From NCBI GenBank assembly GCA_030265395.1, contig JARFYF010000104.1, forward strand, positions 65,903,608 to 65,967,607: a stretch of 64,000 bases of DNA, given 5' to 3'. The notes under the pieces are model-generated. The model had not been told where the DNA came from. It made no database searches and worked only from the letters and a program-made list of their open reading frames with translations. Positions 1-12,860 of the stretch are shown here, piece after piece; position 1 is the first letter of the stretch; each line of letters starts with the position of its first letter. A program made the position numbers and the translations under genes. The DNA comes from Rhina ancylostomus (lineage: Eukaryota).

Positions 1-359
1 CACCCCAGTCGTTCATTTGACTCTTGGACTTCAAACAAGTGTCTCGTGTCTTTATTCAGTGTAGCTAGCCGCTACAATATCTAGTATATTACACTCTCAA
101 TTTGGCATCTGATCGCCATGCAGCCACCATCTTGGGAAGGGTAGGCAATGTTATCAAATATTGAAACTATTCAGAGTAGGCAGATCACAATACCAATACT
201 GGTTAGATTGGCAGCATTGATAACAATACAGTTCATGGAAGATCAAATATTCAGAAGCAGAAAGCTCCCTCCCACTATTTAAAGGGATCATTAAAACCTT
301 GCAGGGTGGTTGTTGATTACTGCATGCTTTCAGTCACCCTGAGCTTCTAGACTTCTCTG

Positions 360-720
360 GAACCTTTTTCTCAAAAATTATACATCATTGATAAAATTTG
401 CAGCTAGATAGCATAGCACATTCAAAAGTCAGTATTCATAGTACTAGGCAAAGCATTCCAGTTATGTACAAGATTCACATTATGTGGATACCACAAGCAC
501 AAAAGGCCAAGAGGTTCTGACCCCTTAATGTCCGGTGGTGCTAGGGTCTTAAAACATGGTCCTTCCCCACAGTGCCATTTCGGTATTTATACCAAGCTTT
601 GGTCAGTTGCTCTGTACATAGCTGCACTTTGGAATGTACCAGTCACAACATTCGGTTGTGGACAGTTCCTGCCCTGGAAGTCCAGAAAGCTTTGGCAGAA
701 CAAAGGGCAACTTTTAGAAA
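360..720 (-). mobile_element. Tx1/L1-clade LINE 3' end relic
   Basis: Minus-strand translation across frameshifts gives KVALCSAK...LVHSKVQ, resembling the C-terminus of elasmobranch Tx1-like ORF2 (KDALWSARN...LAHSKVQDY) as I recall it; not aligned. Confidence 0.45.
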
Positions 721-731
721 TGAAAATAAAA

Positions 732-1090
732 TTGCAGATGCCAGAAATCTGAAATAACAATAGAAAATTCTGGAAACAATCAGTAGGTCAGGCAGCATCT
801 GTGGAAAGAGAAACAGTTAATGCTTCAAGTCAAAGACCTCAAATCAGAACATTCTGGAAGAATATAAGATGGCATTCAAGAGGAGGTTTGACTTGATGAC
901 ATGAGATTTCTGAGTCAATATTGAGGACTTCTAGGACTATTCCCCCCTGCCTGTATACCATTGTGGGTTAGGATGTACCCAGGAATTGTACAAGAGAACT
1001 GAAACATTAACTCTTCTTTACCGTCTCCATTGATGCAGCCTTAGCTGCTGAGTATCTCCAGCATTTTCTGTTTTATATTTTAGATTTTTA
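732..1090. repeat. Inverted pair of Penelope-type terminal repeat units with degenerate hammerhead motifs
   Basis: 732-852 (tgcagatg...aggtcaggcagcatctgtgga...atcagaac) and a reverse-complement-like copy at about 1000-1090 (gaaacattaac...gctgagtatctccagcattttctg). Confidence 0.65.
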
Positions 1091-1521
1091 ACATCTTGAT
1101 TGTGATGAAGGTGTCTGCAAGCTGTCGGATATGATTGTGTAATTCTATGGAACAGCTCTCCAATTTAGACACCAGTGGCCAGGTGTTGGTTAGAAGTCTC
1201 TGCAGGTTAACTGCTAACTTAACTGCTGCCCCACCATTGCCCCTTTCAAGATCCTTGATGTTTTCTGGGGTCACCAGTTTTACACTCAGATTCCATATCG
1301 TCCAGCAGCCTTCTAGTCTTCCTGTAGGTGACAGTCAGCAAACGGGATGCAGGGGCCTGAGAAGATGTTGCTGGAACTGGATGCAGGAAGTCCATCTGAG
1401 TTCAGCCTGACCCATCTGGTTTTGACCAGGTACGTTGCTGTGATGCTGTATCTGCAGGGTTGCTGATGTTACACTGCTTGGCCTCTTTTACTGTTTCAGT
1501 CAAGAAGCTGGATGTCAGTAA

Positions 1522-1742
1522 CAAAATAACTGCAGATACTGGAAGTCAAAAATAAAAACAAAAAATGCTGGAAACATTCAGAAGGTCAAGCAGCAACTGT
1601 GGGAAAAGAAATAATTAATGATTCACATCATAGACCCTTCATCAGAACAGTTTTGACAAAGGGTGCAGGACTTGAATTATTATATTCTCTTTCCACACAA
1701 GCTGTCTAACCTGCTGAGCTTTTCCAAAATTTTCTGTTTTAA
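1522..1742. repeat. Fold-back pair of Penelope-type repeat units
   Basis: The unit at 1522-1649 is followed directly by its diverged reverse complement at 1650-1742; the minus strand reads ttCTGATGAagggtc near 1634-1648. Confidence 0.7.
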
Positions 1743-4700
1743 TATATATGAGACTGGACATGGTGTCCAGTTTGCTGTCGACTCCGTTGGATAATCTACA
1801 TTTGATATTACTATCCAGACACGCTTGGTGGAAGGAGAACAGAAAACCCAGAGTGATGAGGTGACCAGAGTTGGTTCCATTTTATTTTACAGTTTCCATT
1901 GCTCACCTGTCAATGTACAATTGAATAAGTGAGAGAGGCTGAGGAAAAATTGCCGCAACCCCTCCCAATCAACTCAGAAGAACGTCACTTACACAGGAAA
2001 CCAGACTTACAAAGTTTGGAAACTATTTATAATGATGCTGAAAAACTCCATCAATCACACGGGAGTCATAAGAAACCTGAGCTTGAATTGGCTTAAGAGA
2101 GTCTATCAAATTTGAAACAGCCTGTTTCTTCAAATGATAAGCAGACAGCAAACCTGATCTATTCAGTCAGCCTGTTGCACTTACGTGCAACAAACTGAAT
2201 GGCTTAACACTAGTTCCTAGAAGCAAGGAACATTAACTCAGCTCTGGGCTTATTCAATAACAAGCACTGTTTCCTCAATCTTAGCTCTTTTCAGCTTTTT
2301 TTTCCATCATTCCAAACTAAATAATTAGCCTTTTAAGAAAACGTTTCTGCAGCTTGGAAACTAAATGGGGAAAAAAGACTGCAGAGTTCCTCTTGTTGAA
2401 TTAGGATTCAGTAGCAATGACTTTTACGTCTTCATCTTTTAAAAAAATTGACATTTCACGGAGAGATGATCATTAAGAGATTTGTCATTACTATAAATTC
2501 TATAACTGATATTTGCATGCCACTATCCTCATAGATTTTGAATGAAAACTAAAATATATTCATGGCACGTATAAGAAAAACGTATTGGCTTTCTCACCAC
2601 AACCAAAATTCTTCAGGTGATGAAGGGTTTCCAATTGCATGTTGAACAACCAAATAATTTTAGTCAACTTTTCAGTCAGCTGAGGTTTTTCATTTTTGGT
2701 TCTAGTGCACGATTAAAACCCCCAGTTGGAACTTTGACTGCATTCCAGCATTCAACAGAATCAGAATGTGTTATGAATAAACTCAGCTAAGGTGGCTCAG
2801 GATTGAAGAAGAATGAAGAACAGATCAGGAGATAGTGGTTTGTGGAGAGAGGGAGACTAGGGAACGGGCTATCCATCAGGGAAAAGAATTCAAGAGACTG
2901 GACATCCAAGAGTGAGTGAGTGTCAGGTCTAGTNNNNNNNNNNGCCAGGAATACTGGGCTTCACACAAGGGGAAAGATGGTTGAAGGGCTGGGGTATAAG
3001 TAGGACATGGATGATGACAAACATTTCCTGGAGAGCTAGGAATAACTCCACAGTCAGCACCGCCCCAGTGTTGGCTGAAACTTGAATTTCTGACTGCAGA
3101 TGATGGCACAGTTATTAGAGGATTTCTCACAAGTGAAAGAACAGCACCATATGGCACAGCTGCTGGGGTACATTAGGCAATCACTGCTTTGTCTTATACT
3201 GATGTGTTATGGTGGAAGCAGTCTGCTGAGCCCACCTCTGACAAAACCTCTTCTGTGGAATTTCAATTAGCAACCCAAAGGGTAGAGCGATTCCCCAAGT
3301 TAGGGAGAAGGGATTTAGGGCTGTTTCTAGGGTGTGGGGAACTTTCCAGAAAAGTAAATGCAGAAATAAAACAAAATCTGCTGGATTAAAAAAAACAATG
3401 AAAGCAAGTGTGGTGCAGCAAAAATTCTGTAACCATTAAAAAAAACATTTAATTTGCAATAACAAAGTTCTGGCACAAGTTAGAAGTTCATTCAAACCTG
3501 TGCTGACTTACATGCAGAAAATGTGGGTTTGTTGTGATACTGTTCTCCCGGAGCAAGAATAAGACTTGCATATGCTGCTGTATCTTCTTGATCCTTAAGA
3601 TGGCCTGGTTGGGAACACACAGTGTATTTTGGCGATAAAACTCTGAATATGGCTTTCTACCCTCCTCTATCACCTCAGTGCCACCTTAACCACACATGCC
3701 ATGTGCACCAGAAATCTTCATACCTGAAAGCAGTATGGAGTTCAACTGGAATTTTATTGAGAGTCCATCTTATCCTTGCCCTCTTTGTCTCACAGAACGA
3801 AAGACCTCTGAAGCAGTAAGAGGTGACTGGTGTACTGCTTGTTGGGAATTTACTCATTGAGGATCCTGATATGGAAAACAAGAAGGGATGAGATTTTTAA
3901 TGGAATGTGGAAAAAAATTGGACCAGAAATTCTGTCACATAGTGCAATGTCTTTATATTGGATGTGATAGTCCTTCTCTGAAAAAATTTTGTTAACTGTG
4001 ATTGTCAACTTTTGGCATGCATGGTGTGATATGGGAAACTGTAAGACAGTCTCCCTTGCATATGAGGTGCTTATGCATGGAGGTCACTTGATACATGTGG
4101 CAGTGACATGAATCGAAATCATGAAAAGCACATACCTCAACATAGGATCAAGTCTTTGTTGGTTGCTGAGAGTCTACCCCAGTGTTACTAAAAGGTATTT
4201 ATTTCCCACTTCTTGGTGGGGAACCCCAATATTAAAAGGTTCTGCTCAGCTCTAACAGATCAGCAGTGTGCTGCCAGCCAGAGGCCAGAGAAGATGCATA
4301 ATGGCCATTCTTAAAACCCATGCTGCTTTCTGGGATCATTTGTCTTTAAGCAGCTCCACCGGAGCAGCAGATAGTCCAGAAATCGTAGCTCTACAGCTCA
4401 CAACAGGTTGCACTTTGTGCTTTGCTTTCCCTTGCATGAAGCTGGCATAGGTCACCTGTGCAATGCCTGTTTAATGCATGTTTTTTCCTGCAGATGAAAT
4501 TTCTGTGTTCTGGTGTTTTTGTTAAAAAGTTTATGCATTTTCCATGTGGATTTCAATCACAAGTAAACATAAATAATGATCCTTAAACTTCAGTTAAGCT
4601 TGAGATCTGGCAATATATTAAAATATACTTAAAGTAAGAATTCAGTACTACACTTTTAAGATCAATTAAAGGTATTTAAAATGGAAAATGCATTGGCCAA

Positions 4701-5961
4701 GAGAATATGATAAAATGGCACCACACAGAGAATGTGTGCCAGTTTGTATTACTGTCACTAATGTGGGATTTGCTTGTCCTGACCTCGTGCAAGGACTTGA
4801 CACCCATTACAATGTTTCCTCATGTAAAAGCACACGTAACTTCAGGAGTGTTATGCACCAACTGATTCAAGCCTGTGCTCCTTCACGTCATGCCTCTACC
4901 TCTTAAAGAGATGAGCACTGAATCCAAACATGGTTGAATTCAACTTGCAGATTGGGAACAAATGACAGAAGTCAGCACAGACTCCAGGAGTGAGCACTTT
5001 GTTTCACTGACCCTGAGCTGGAGATCTTGGTGGTACACATTATGACCTGAAGGGAGTTCTTGCTTCATCTTCCCATGCTCATCCCATACCTTATGCACAC
5101 TACTGGCTCTTTGACCAAGGCAAGGATACCACACACATTCATTGCACCCACCAACATTTATCCCTTTTTTTTATTTTAGGAGAACGTCCCTTGCATCTGT
5201 TGTTTGGGAGATAGGGGTCCAACCATTCCCATAGGCTGAGTCATTTGGAGGAGAGGTTGCCAATATTCATGATGAGTAGTGATTTGGAAATCATTTGGAA
5301 ATAATGTGCTCATACCTAATCCTGTTCAAATGACCCAGCACCTTTACCCCACAGGTTCTTTCATCTTAAAAGATTCAGATAGTTTTAGCATCCCACTCTC
5401 ACTTGGCCCCGCCCCTCACCACAACTATCTTTCTCAATTCAGCTATCAAAGGGAAAACATCCAACTCGGCTCCGGTGGTGAGACAGTCCTGTTCAGAAGA
5501 GGAAGTGGAAGGCATGGCATCTCTGCTTCCGACACAAGCACCGCGGAGAAGGGTGGTTTTGCACATGCCCAGGAGTCAGATGATGAGGAGGGGGGAGCTG
5601 CAGACAGCTCCCTGGAAGGTGAACTTGTGCTTCAGTTCCACTCTAAGGAATTGTGGTGAGGTCAACCAGGGAGGATTAGCATGAATATTGAGATGCTTGA
5701 GGCACTGCCTGGTCTGCTTGAGACCCTGAATGAGATGAGTAGGAGCGTGGAAGTCCAGCTCCAGCATTGCACTCCACTTTGTGTGGAATATGAGGCCGTC
5801 CTTTCTGCTATGTAAGACGTGGCCAGCCCCTGTATCAAAAATCTAAGAGCCAAACGTTTTGTGGTGTCTGATAGCAAAGATCACACAGTCCTCTGCAGGA
5901 CTGGTTAGAGCCACCTAAGGTATGCTGCAGTTAAAGTCTCCGACTTGCCATCAATAGCTGT

Positions 5962-6102
5962 TGGTTTATTATTGTCACTTATACAGAGGTACAGTGAAAA
6001 ACTTATCTTGCATACTGTTCGTACGGATCAATTCATTACACAGTGCATTGAGGTAGAACAGGGTAAAAACAATAACAGAATACAGAGTAAAGTGTCACAG
6101 CT
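5962..6102 (-). mobile_element. Rex1/Babar LINE 3' end
   Basis: ttggtttattattgtcactt...ggtacagtgaaaaac is the reverse complement of the 3' tail at 22540-22625. Confidence 0.75.
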
Positions 6103-6549
6103 CCACTCTTTATCATGAGGGAATGCAGGAGTTAACAGCTTTTCTGAGAAAGTTGAAGACCTTTTATGCACTTTTTACATTGTTGTTTCGTTATAGCTAG
6201 CCTAAGGGTTATCTAAATGCACAAAGTTCCAAGGTATGCCACTATTCTTGCACTACATGTTTACAAAATATATATAAGGATCAATCTTATATAAAATTCA
6301 TCTTAAGATTTTCTAAAACTATCAGTTAATGTTTAATCATACCACAAATATTAAAAAAATTATTCCAAGTATAATTAGCAATGTGCTAATAGATGCCATG
6401 GCCTAAAGTCTACATTTTGAATCCATTGAATAATTTGTGAGTGGTGTATTTTATGTGTGAAGAATTAATACTAATTAAATAGAATATGCAATAGTTGTTT
6501 ATTGATATATATAACAAAATAGAGTTGCAAAAAAATTGCAGGATCACTA

Positions 6550-6617
6550 GCTTTCATAAGTCAGGGGATCGAGTTTAAGAGCCACAAGGTAATGATGCAG
6601 CTCTATAAAACTCTGGT
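6550..6617 (+). mobile_element. CR1 RT fragment running into a gap
   Basis: Translates to FISQGIEFKSHKVMMQLYKTL, a typical CR1 RT C-terminal motif. Confidence 0.75.
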
Positions 6618-6717
6618 NNNNNNNNNNNNNNNNNNNNNNNNNNNNNNNNNNNNNNNNNNNNNNNNNNNNNNNNNNNNNNNNNNNNNNNNNNNNNNNNNNN
6701 NNNNNNNNNNNNNNNNN

Positions 6718-6826
6718 ATGTAACTGCTCTGTGCAATGAACTGATCTGTACGAATGGTCTGCAAGTCAAGTTTTTCACTGTACCTCGGTACAAGTGAAAA
6801 TAATAAACCAATACCAACACCAATAC
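6718..6826 (+). mobile_element. Rex1/Babar LINE 3' end with (ACCAAT)n tail
   Basis: tttcactgtacctcggtacaagtgaaaataataaaccaataccaacaccaat; the same tail occurs at 22104-22180. Confidence 0.75.
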
Positions 6827-6859
6827 TCACTGAACTTTGCAACCTTTCCAAGGCGCCTG

Positions 6860-7320
6860 CCTTAACCCCCAGACTTCTGTTCCCTCTCCAGACTCCTGCA
6901 CCCCTCCTGGTCTCTCATTCATTCCCAGACATTTGATTCCACTCATAGACTCCTGCATGCACACTCCTAGTTTTCTGTCTTTACTCCCAAACACTGTACC
7001 CTCTCTTAGATACTTGTCTTTACTCCACTCTTAGATCGACTTCCAGACTCCTGCCTAATTCCAGAGACCAGACTTTAGTCTAGACTGCACCACCCACTCC
7101 CAGACAATTGCCTCTACTCCAGACCTTTGCAAACATTCCCAGATTTCCACACCTACTTCCAGGCTCTGATACACATTCCCAGATTGCTCCATGTGCTCCC
7201 AGAATCGTGCACATTTCCTGCAATCTTCGATCCACTCTTAAGCTCCTGCACCCACTCCTACAACCTTGCATCCTCTATCTTTTCCTCGTCTCTTCCATGC
7301 ACTCACAGACTTCTGCACTG
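6860..7320. repeat. Degenerate ~20-bp C-rich minisatellite
   Basis: Recurrent (c)ccagactcctgcacccact-like units with about 20-bp spacing, clearest at 7090-7215. Confidence 0.65.
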
Positions 7321-7997
7321 TTATTTGGGTTGAAGGCAGTTAGCTTCCCAAGCTTACAGAGATTTGAAATCTAGACAATGAACATAAATGGAAACTTAGT
7401 TCAGAGCTGAGTGAGAGACATGTATGGCAAGCTGCTAAATACAGGATGTGGGACATTCAGTTTTGACATTTTTTCTCCAATGTGTCCTCCCCAGGTTACG
7501 AACACCCAACTTCTGTACAGCCCATAGACACAAACAAGCGTTTGGGAGACCAACAGAATGGATTTGCATCTTCTGCCAGGCGGGAATGGGGCATTACTGC
7601 ATGGCGTCTCTCCCCACCCCACCCACTCATCGCCTGAGCTGCAGCAAGTGAGTTGAGCCAAGCAGAGCTGGGAGCGCTGAGCAAGTTCACTCACTCACTG
7701 AGTCAGTGAGGCCAGCTGGCGGCTGCTCTCCCCATGCCTGCTCACTTTTCCTTTGCAGCTATTTCTGTGATCCTCCCCGATGAAAACCCAATGAGATCTC
7801 AGTCCCTTGTCATTAGGTTCCACAGGTTTCCCTGTCGGTGAAGAATTAAAGGCTGCCTTCAGCTGACCTTTTACACCGAGCTATGTATTTCTTCCAAGTA
7901 CTTGAGAATGTCTATGGGAAGTGACTAATATCTGTTGTTCTTAAGATCAGCAAAACGATTCAAGGTGAGATGAGGAAAATTATTTTTGACTACTGAG

Positions 7998-8270
7998 TTC
8001 ATAGAATCATTGAATCATCGAGTTATATAGCATAGAAACAGGCCCTTCAGCCCAACTCATCCATGCCAAGATATCCATATGGGTTAGTCCCATTTGTTTG
8101 CTTTAGGCCCATATCCCTCTAAACCTTTTCTATCTATGTACCGGTCCAAATGTCTTTTAAACATGATAATTGTACCTGCCTCTATAGCCTCCTCCGGCAG
8201 CTTGTTCCATATACCCACCAAACTCTGTGTGAAAAAGTTGCCCCTCAGGCCCCTTTAAAAACTTCTCACC
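7998..8270 (-). mobile_element. CR1 3' fragment
   Basis: catagaatcat...gaaacaggcccttcagcccaac...cttgttccatatacccacca is the reverse complement of a CR1 3'UTR/RT end. Confidence 0.8.
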
Positions 8271-8670
8271 TGAAAGGTTTTACTCTTTGGAGAGAAGGAG
8301 GATGAGAGGAGACATGATAGAGGTGTACATGATAGAGGAATAGATAGACAGCCAGCACCTCTTTCCCAGGGGACCAATGCTCAACACAAGAGGGCATGGC
8401 TTTAAAGTATTGGGAGGGAAGTTCAAGGGAGATATCAAAGGAAGGTTTTTTACCCAGAGAGTGGTTGGGACATGGAATGTGCTGCCTGGGATGGTGGTGG
8501 AGGCAGGTACATTGGTCAAATTCGAGAGATCTTACTAGATAAGCATATGGAGGAATTTAAAATAGAGAGATACGTGGGAGGAAGGGGTTAGATAGTCTTA
8601 GGCGTGGTTTAAAGGTCGGCACAACATTGTGGGCCAAAGGTCCTGTATTGTGCTGTACTGTTCTATGTTC
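8271..8670 (+). mobile_element. CR1 3' fragment
   Basis: SLERRRMRGDMIEVY...FFTQRVVGTWNVLP; ends with a ttctatgttc tail. Confidence 0.85.
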
Positions 8671-9954
8671 ACAAAGCCATTCCATTACATTGTTCCAAAA
8701 ATTGCAAAAAAAATCACCGTACTCAAGTGTTCATGAATATCGAAATAAGGCACTTATTTAAATTCTACAGCTATTGTAAAGCACATTGTGACAATTTTTT
8801 GTTACTAGATTATATGTTGGTCTTGTTCAGAATGTATTTAAAAATGTGGTAAACAAAACAGGAGCCTAAGATTTGAAATTGGAACAGAACAAAAAAATAC
8901 ACTGATGAAGTTATTATACTTTATAGGAGTCGGAGTCTATTAAGGGAAAAAAAGAGCTCATTCACCTTTGAGTGTAGACTTTGACTCTTGGAAAGGGCAC
9001 ATTTGAGCAGTGAACCCTTTGGATGGAAGTATTAATTTATAACTGAGATTATTGAGGTTTCACTTTGAATCTGTTCCTGACAGATGGGATAAAATGTCCT
9101 TTATTTTGGAATACTGAATGGTAAAGTTTCTATAGCAGAGGTATTGCCTGTGCAACAAATATCCCTCCTTACATGTCCTGCATCGTCACTTGTGCTCAAC
9201 TATTGTTAGCTGAAGATTAATCTTTAAGTCCTACATTTTGTAGAAAGAGGCATTTGTGCTGACATCAGTCAGGTAGGCAGTCAACCTACGCAGGATCAAA
9301 TATTAAATTGCGGTTACACTATGTAAGCTAAGAACATTGTGGTAAATCTCAACCTAATACCTAGTATATTTGAGTTTATGACACAAAAATATGCCTTGCT
9401 CAGCAGTAATTGGACAGAACACACTAAGTTAGGACAAGGGAACATTAGTATGAGGTGTGGAAATGTCACACCTTTGTTGTATGAGGTTAAGTCAAAGCAT
9501 ATTGTCATACCTCTTTAGAACCCAGGATTAAGAGTACCTGATTCTATTGGTAAGCACAAAGAAACAGGAAAAGTATGTTTCACACAGCAACACTGGTGCC
9601 TTCACAGAACACCAACACACAAGATTTGTGCTAAGCCTGCTGAAGATAAATATATTCAAGAAAGAAGAAGTAGACAGAGAGCTGGATCTCCTTGGCTTTG
9701 ACAATTTCTGATGGAATATGACTGACATGAAACACTAATTCTGTTTCTCTCACCCCAAATTTCACCTGACCGAACAACTGCTTCCAGAACTTTGTTTATT
9801 TTCGTGTTTCCAGTACCAATAGAATTTTGCCTTTGCAATGGGATTTTAGAGGGGGCAGACAGTGCCTTGATTCTTTCAGAATTTACTCTCAATAACAGCA
9901 CCTTCAACAATGAAATACTACTTCATGCCTAGAAATAAGACCCCAGGTCATGTG

Positions 9955-10822
9955 AAAACTACAGATGCTGGAAGTCTAAAATAAAAACAGAATGCTGGAA
10001 ATACTCAGCAGGTCAGGCAGCATCTGTGGGAAGAGAAACACAGTTGATGTTTCAGGCTGGAAACAAACAAAGCTTGTTAAGTTGCAGGAAGGGTGGGGAG
10101 GTGGGATGAATCAGATATGGTAAAACCAGGTGACTAATTCTACAACTTCAGGTAATTTGATTTCTCTATCTGTGTCAGTCATCCATCTGTTGTAACTGGG
10201 TCAGCTTGTTTGTTTTTTACCTCCTTTTTCTCTTATTTTTCCTCTGGGAGTGGAGGACATGCCTTGCCTGACCTGCCTGTGATGTCTTTCTGATCTGCAT
10301 TTTACAAATCCTAAATTCTTTTGAGCTTGTTCTCTCTCTGACTGCTCCCATTCACTCACTGACCAGATAACCCTGTTTATAGTTTATCCCCATGGTCTCC
10401 CCAGTTTTACCCTAACAGTGACACCCCCCATCCCCCACCTCTCCCTGCAGTTCAACAAGTTTATTTTATCTCCTTCTCAGTTCAGACGAAGGGTCTCTGA
10501 CCTGAAATGTTAACTCTGCTTCTCTTCCCGCAGATATGGCCTGACCTGCTGACCTGTTGAGTATTTCCAGCATAAAACAATCTGCTGGAGTAATTCAGCG
10601 GGTTGAACAGCAACTGTGGGGGCCGGGGGGGGGGGGTGGGGTGGGGCAGGAACTGTCGATGTTTCGGGTCAAGACACTGCATCAGGACTGAAGATGGTGA
10701 GGGAAGATAGCCAGTATGGGGAGGAGAGGACGAGGAGTGAGACGGGGGCCATTGGGTGATAGTTGGACCAAGAAGGGGTGGAGGATAGTGGGCAGCTGGA
10801 ATATTTCCAGCACTTACTGTTA
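9955..10822. mobile_element. Composite Penelope-derived element with inverted terminal units and a nested, TSD-flanked unit (10573-10801)
   Basis: 9955-10100 and about 10430-10572 are inverted; TATTTCCAGCA is repeated at 10562-10572 and 10802-10812; hammerhead-like cores at 10478-10515 (+) and 10653-10690 (-). Confidence 0.7.
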
Positions 10823-12562
10823 ACGCAGGTTATGTACTTCAGTTTCTGAAAGAAGACAATGAAGAGTGCCTAGCCAGTGAGACAAGAATGATTTCTTAGA
10901 ATGATATTGACTTACCAACAGTTTCCCAATGACACAACATGCATTCATTAGTTTATTGATCCCAGTCAGTTTTTGATTTATGAACTGATTTGGAGCAGAA
11001 GTCAAAAGAATTAATACAATTGGTTCAAAGCGTAGAGGAATCGCAATTTACAACCATTTCAGCAGTGTTTGCTATTTACAATCTGCACAGTTGAGCTAAC
11101 TCCAGGTAAAGGTCCAATTTTATTTTTGGACTTAACATTGAAAGAGACTCAGGTGGTGGAGACCCAGGCCCTTAACTTGTGATACTCTTTTCTATGTGGT
11201 TAGATTTCCACTCAAAGCATGCTTGAATTTCTACTTGATGGCCTGATGGGAGTAGGATTTTTGTCTATGAAAGAATTGCCAGGAACTCAAGTGAATGGTG
11301 AAAGGTGAGGGTTTTTTTCCAGTGTTATTAGGAGGAAAACCCAGTGCTCAGGACATTAGGGCTGCCTGTGGAACTACAGAAGAGCACTCCAGATTCTCCT
11401 GGCAAATGAGGAAGCCATGAAAGTAATGAAAGCACATTCATTCCCCGAGCACCTTTTTGCTCAGCATTGTGGTAGAGTAGGAATTAGATCAGAACCCTAC
11501 TTTCATCATGGGCTATCACCAGCTACATGTTACCGTTAACACTCTATATCACCACACTCTTCCTCCCTCCCCTCCTCTCCCACTGGCACTGCTGAAAACC
11601 CATCAGTGTGAATGAGAAAATTCAGATTGCAGTGGGAGGTGTACCGTCACCATTTTAACCAAGAGACGTCTTGCTTCCAATGGGCAGGTGGGTTTAAAAT
11701 TAGGCTCAAATGCCTCTTTGCCGTGAACAGTTACTCATTATCTTTAAATCAATGAAGATGGTCAGAAGCTATAATGAATAAATTGGAAGGATATAATGTG
11801 AGGATAGATCAGAAGTTAAGAACCTTTTCAACACTGCTGCAAGACTCAACCCATGTTTAATTATTTCAGTTGAAAATATACAGTGTAACAGACATTCTAA
11901 CTTTGTCCACATTTATAGTACCAGATGGAGATTAGAATCTGGTGACAGATGTAATGAGAAAAGCCTCTGTACATAAATGAGATTAAAACTTAACAAGCGA
12001 CTTAATCTTACACCCACTGTGCAATAGGCTTTACTTCAAGATTTTGTGCTGACAATTGTGCTGACTCCTTACTACAAAAGGGGATGAGATCATGAGTCTC
12101 CTCCACAGAATTTGTTTGTGGAAAATATATAAACAAACCTGACATTTTTATCCATTATCCAGCTAGATTGGACAGAGCAAGGCCTGAATCTTAAATCCCC
12201 AAAATAGGTGGACTGTGATCATATCAGTGAAAAATTTGGAAAAGGAACCAAACCACTTCAAACCTTTTTAATAAAGGCAGGATGGAGAGGGTCAGGGGAT
12301 GTGAGGTGAAGGAGAAAAGGGAACAACCAGTCAGCTCTTGGGAAGGAGGTTGATAACTGTTATAATGAGGTTACCTACCTTTATCTTAAGCCATATTTGC
12401 CTCAAATTTCAGGCATGTCCTACTAGTGAAAGCTTTGGTGGCACACAAGGAGATGGGCTCTAGCATAATTTTCTGGGTATTGCCTATTTTGGGTACTGAA
12501 AATGTGCCTGAGGCTGGGTTCAGGGAAAGAGAGGGTATGGATGGATGGATAAGTGGATAGAT

Positions 12563-12860
12563 AGATATCTTTATTAGTCACATGTACATCAAATATCTTT
12601 ATTAGTCACATGTACATCAAAACACACAATGAAATGCATCTTTTGTGTAGAGTGTTCTGGGGGCAGCCCGCATGTGTCGCCACGCTTCCAGCACCAATAT
12701 AGCATGCCCATGACTTCCTAACCTGTACATCTTTGGAATGTGGGAGGAAACCCACGCAGACACGGGGAGAACATACAAACTCCTTATAGGCAGTGGCGGG
12801 AATTGAACCCGGGTCATTGGCACTGTAATAGCGTTATGCTAACCGCAACAGTACTATGGC
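12563..12860 (-). mobile_element. tRNA-derived HE1/V-SINE-like SINE
   Basis: Minus strand: tRNA head (gcggttagcat...gacccgggttcaattccc), V-type core (gtgggtttcctcccacattccaaag) and tail tttcattgtgtgttttgatgtacatgtgactaataaa; the last ~28 bp of the tail are tandemly duplicated. Confidence 0.85.

Noticed and set aside
1-76. Possible LTR 3' end (...gtgtctttattcagtgtagctagccgctaCA)
   Set aside because: Truncated by the window edge, with no partner LTR or TSD to confirm.
2870-3030. Possible solo LTR around a 10-N gap
   Set aside because: No clear TG...CA boundaries or TSD could be identified.
7998-8670. Opposed CR1 fragments suggesting twin-priming inversion
   Set aside because: Both pieces contain 3' ends and come from different subfamilies, so independent insertions are more likely.
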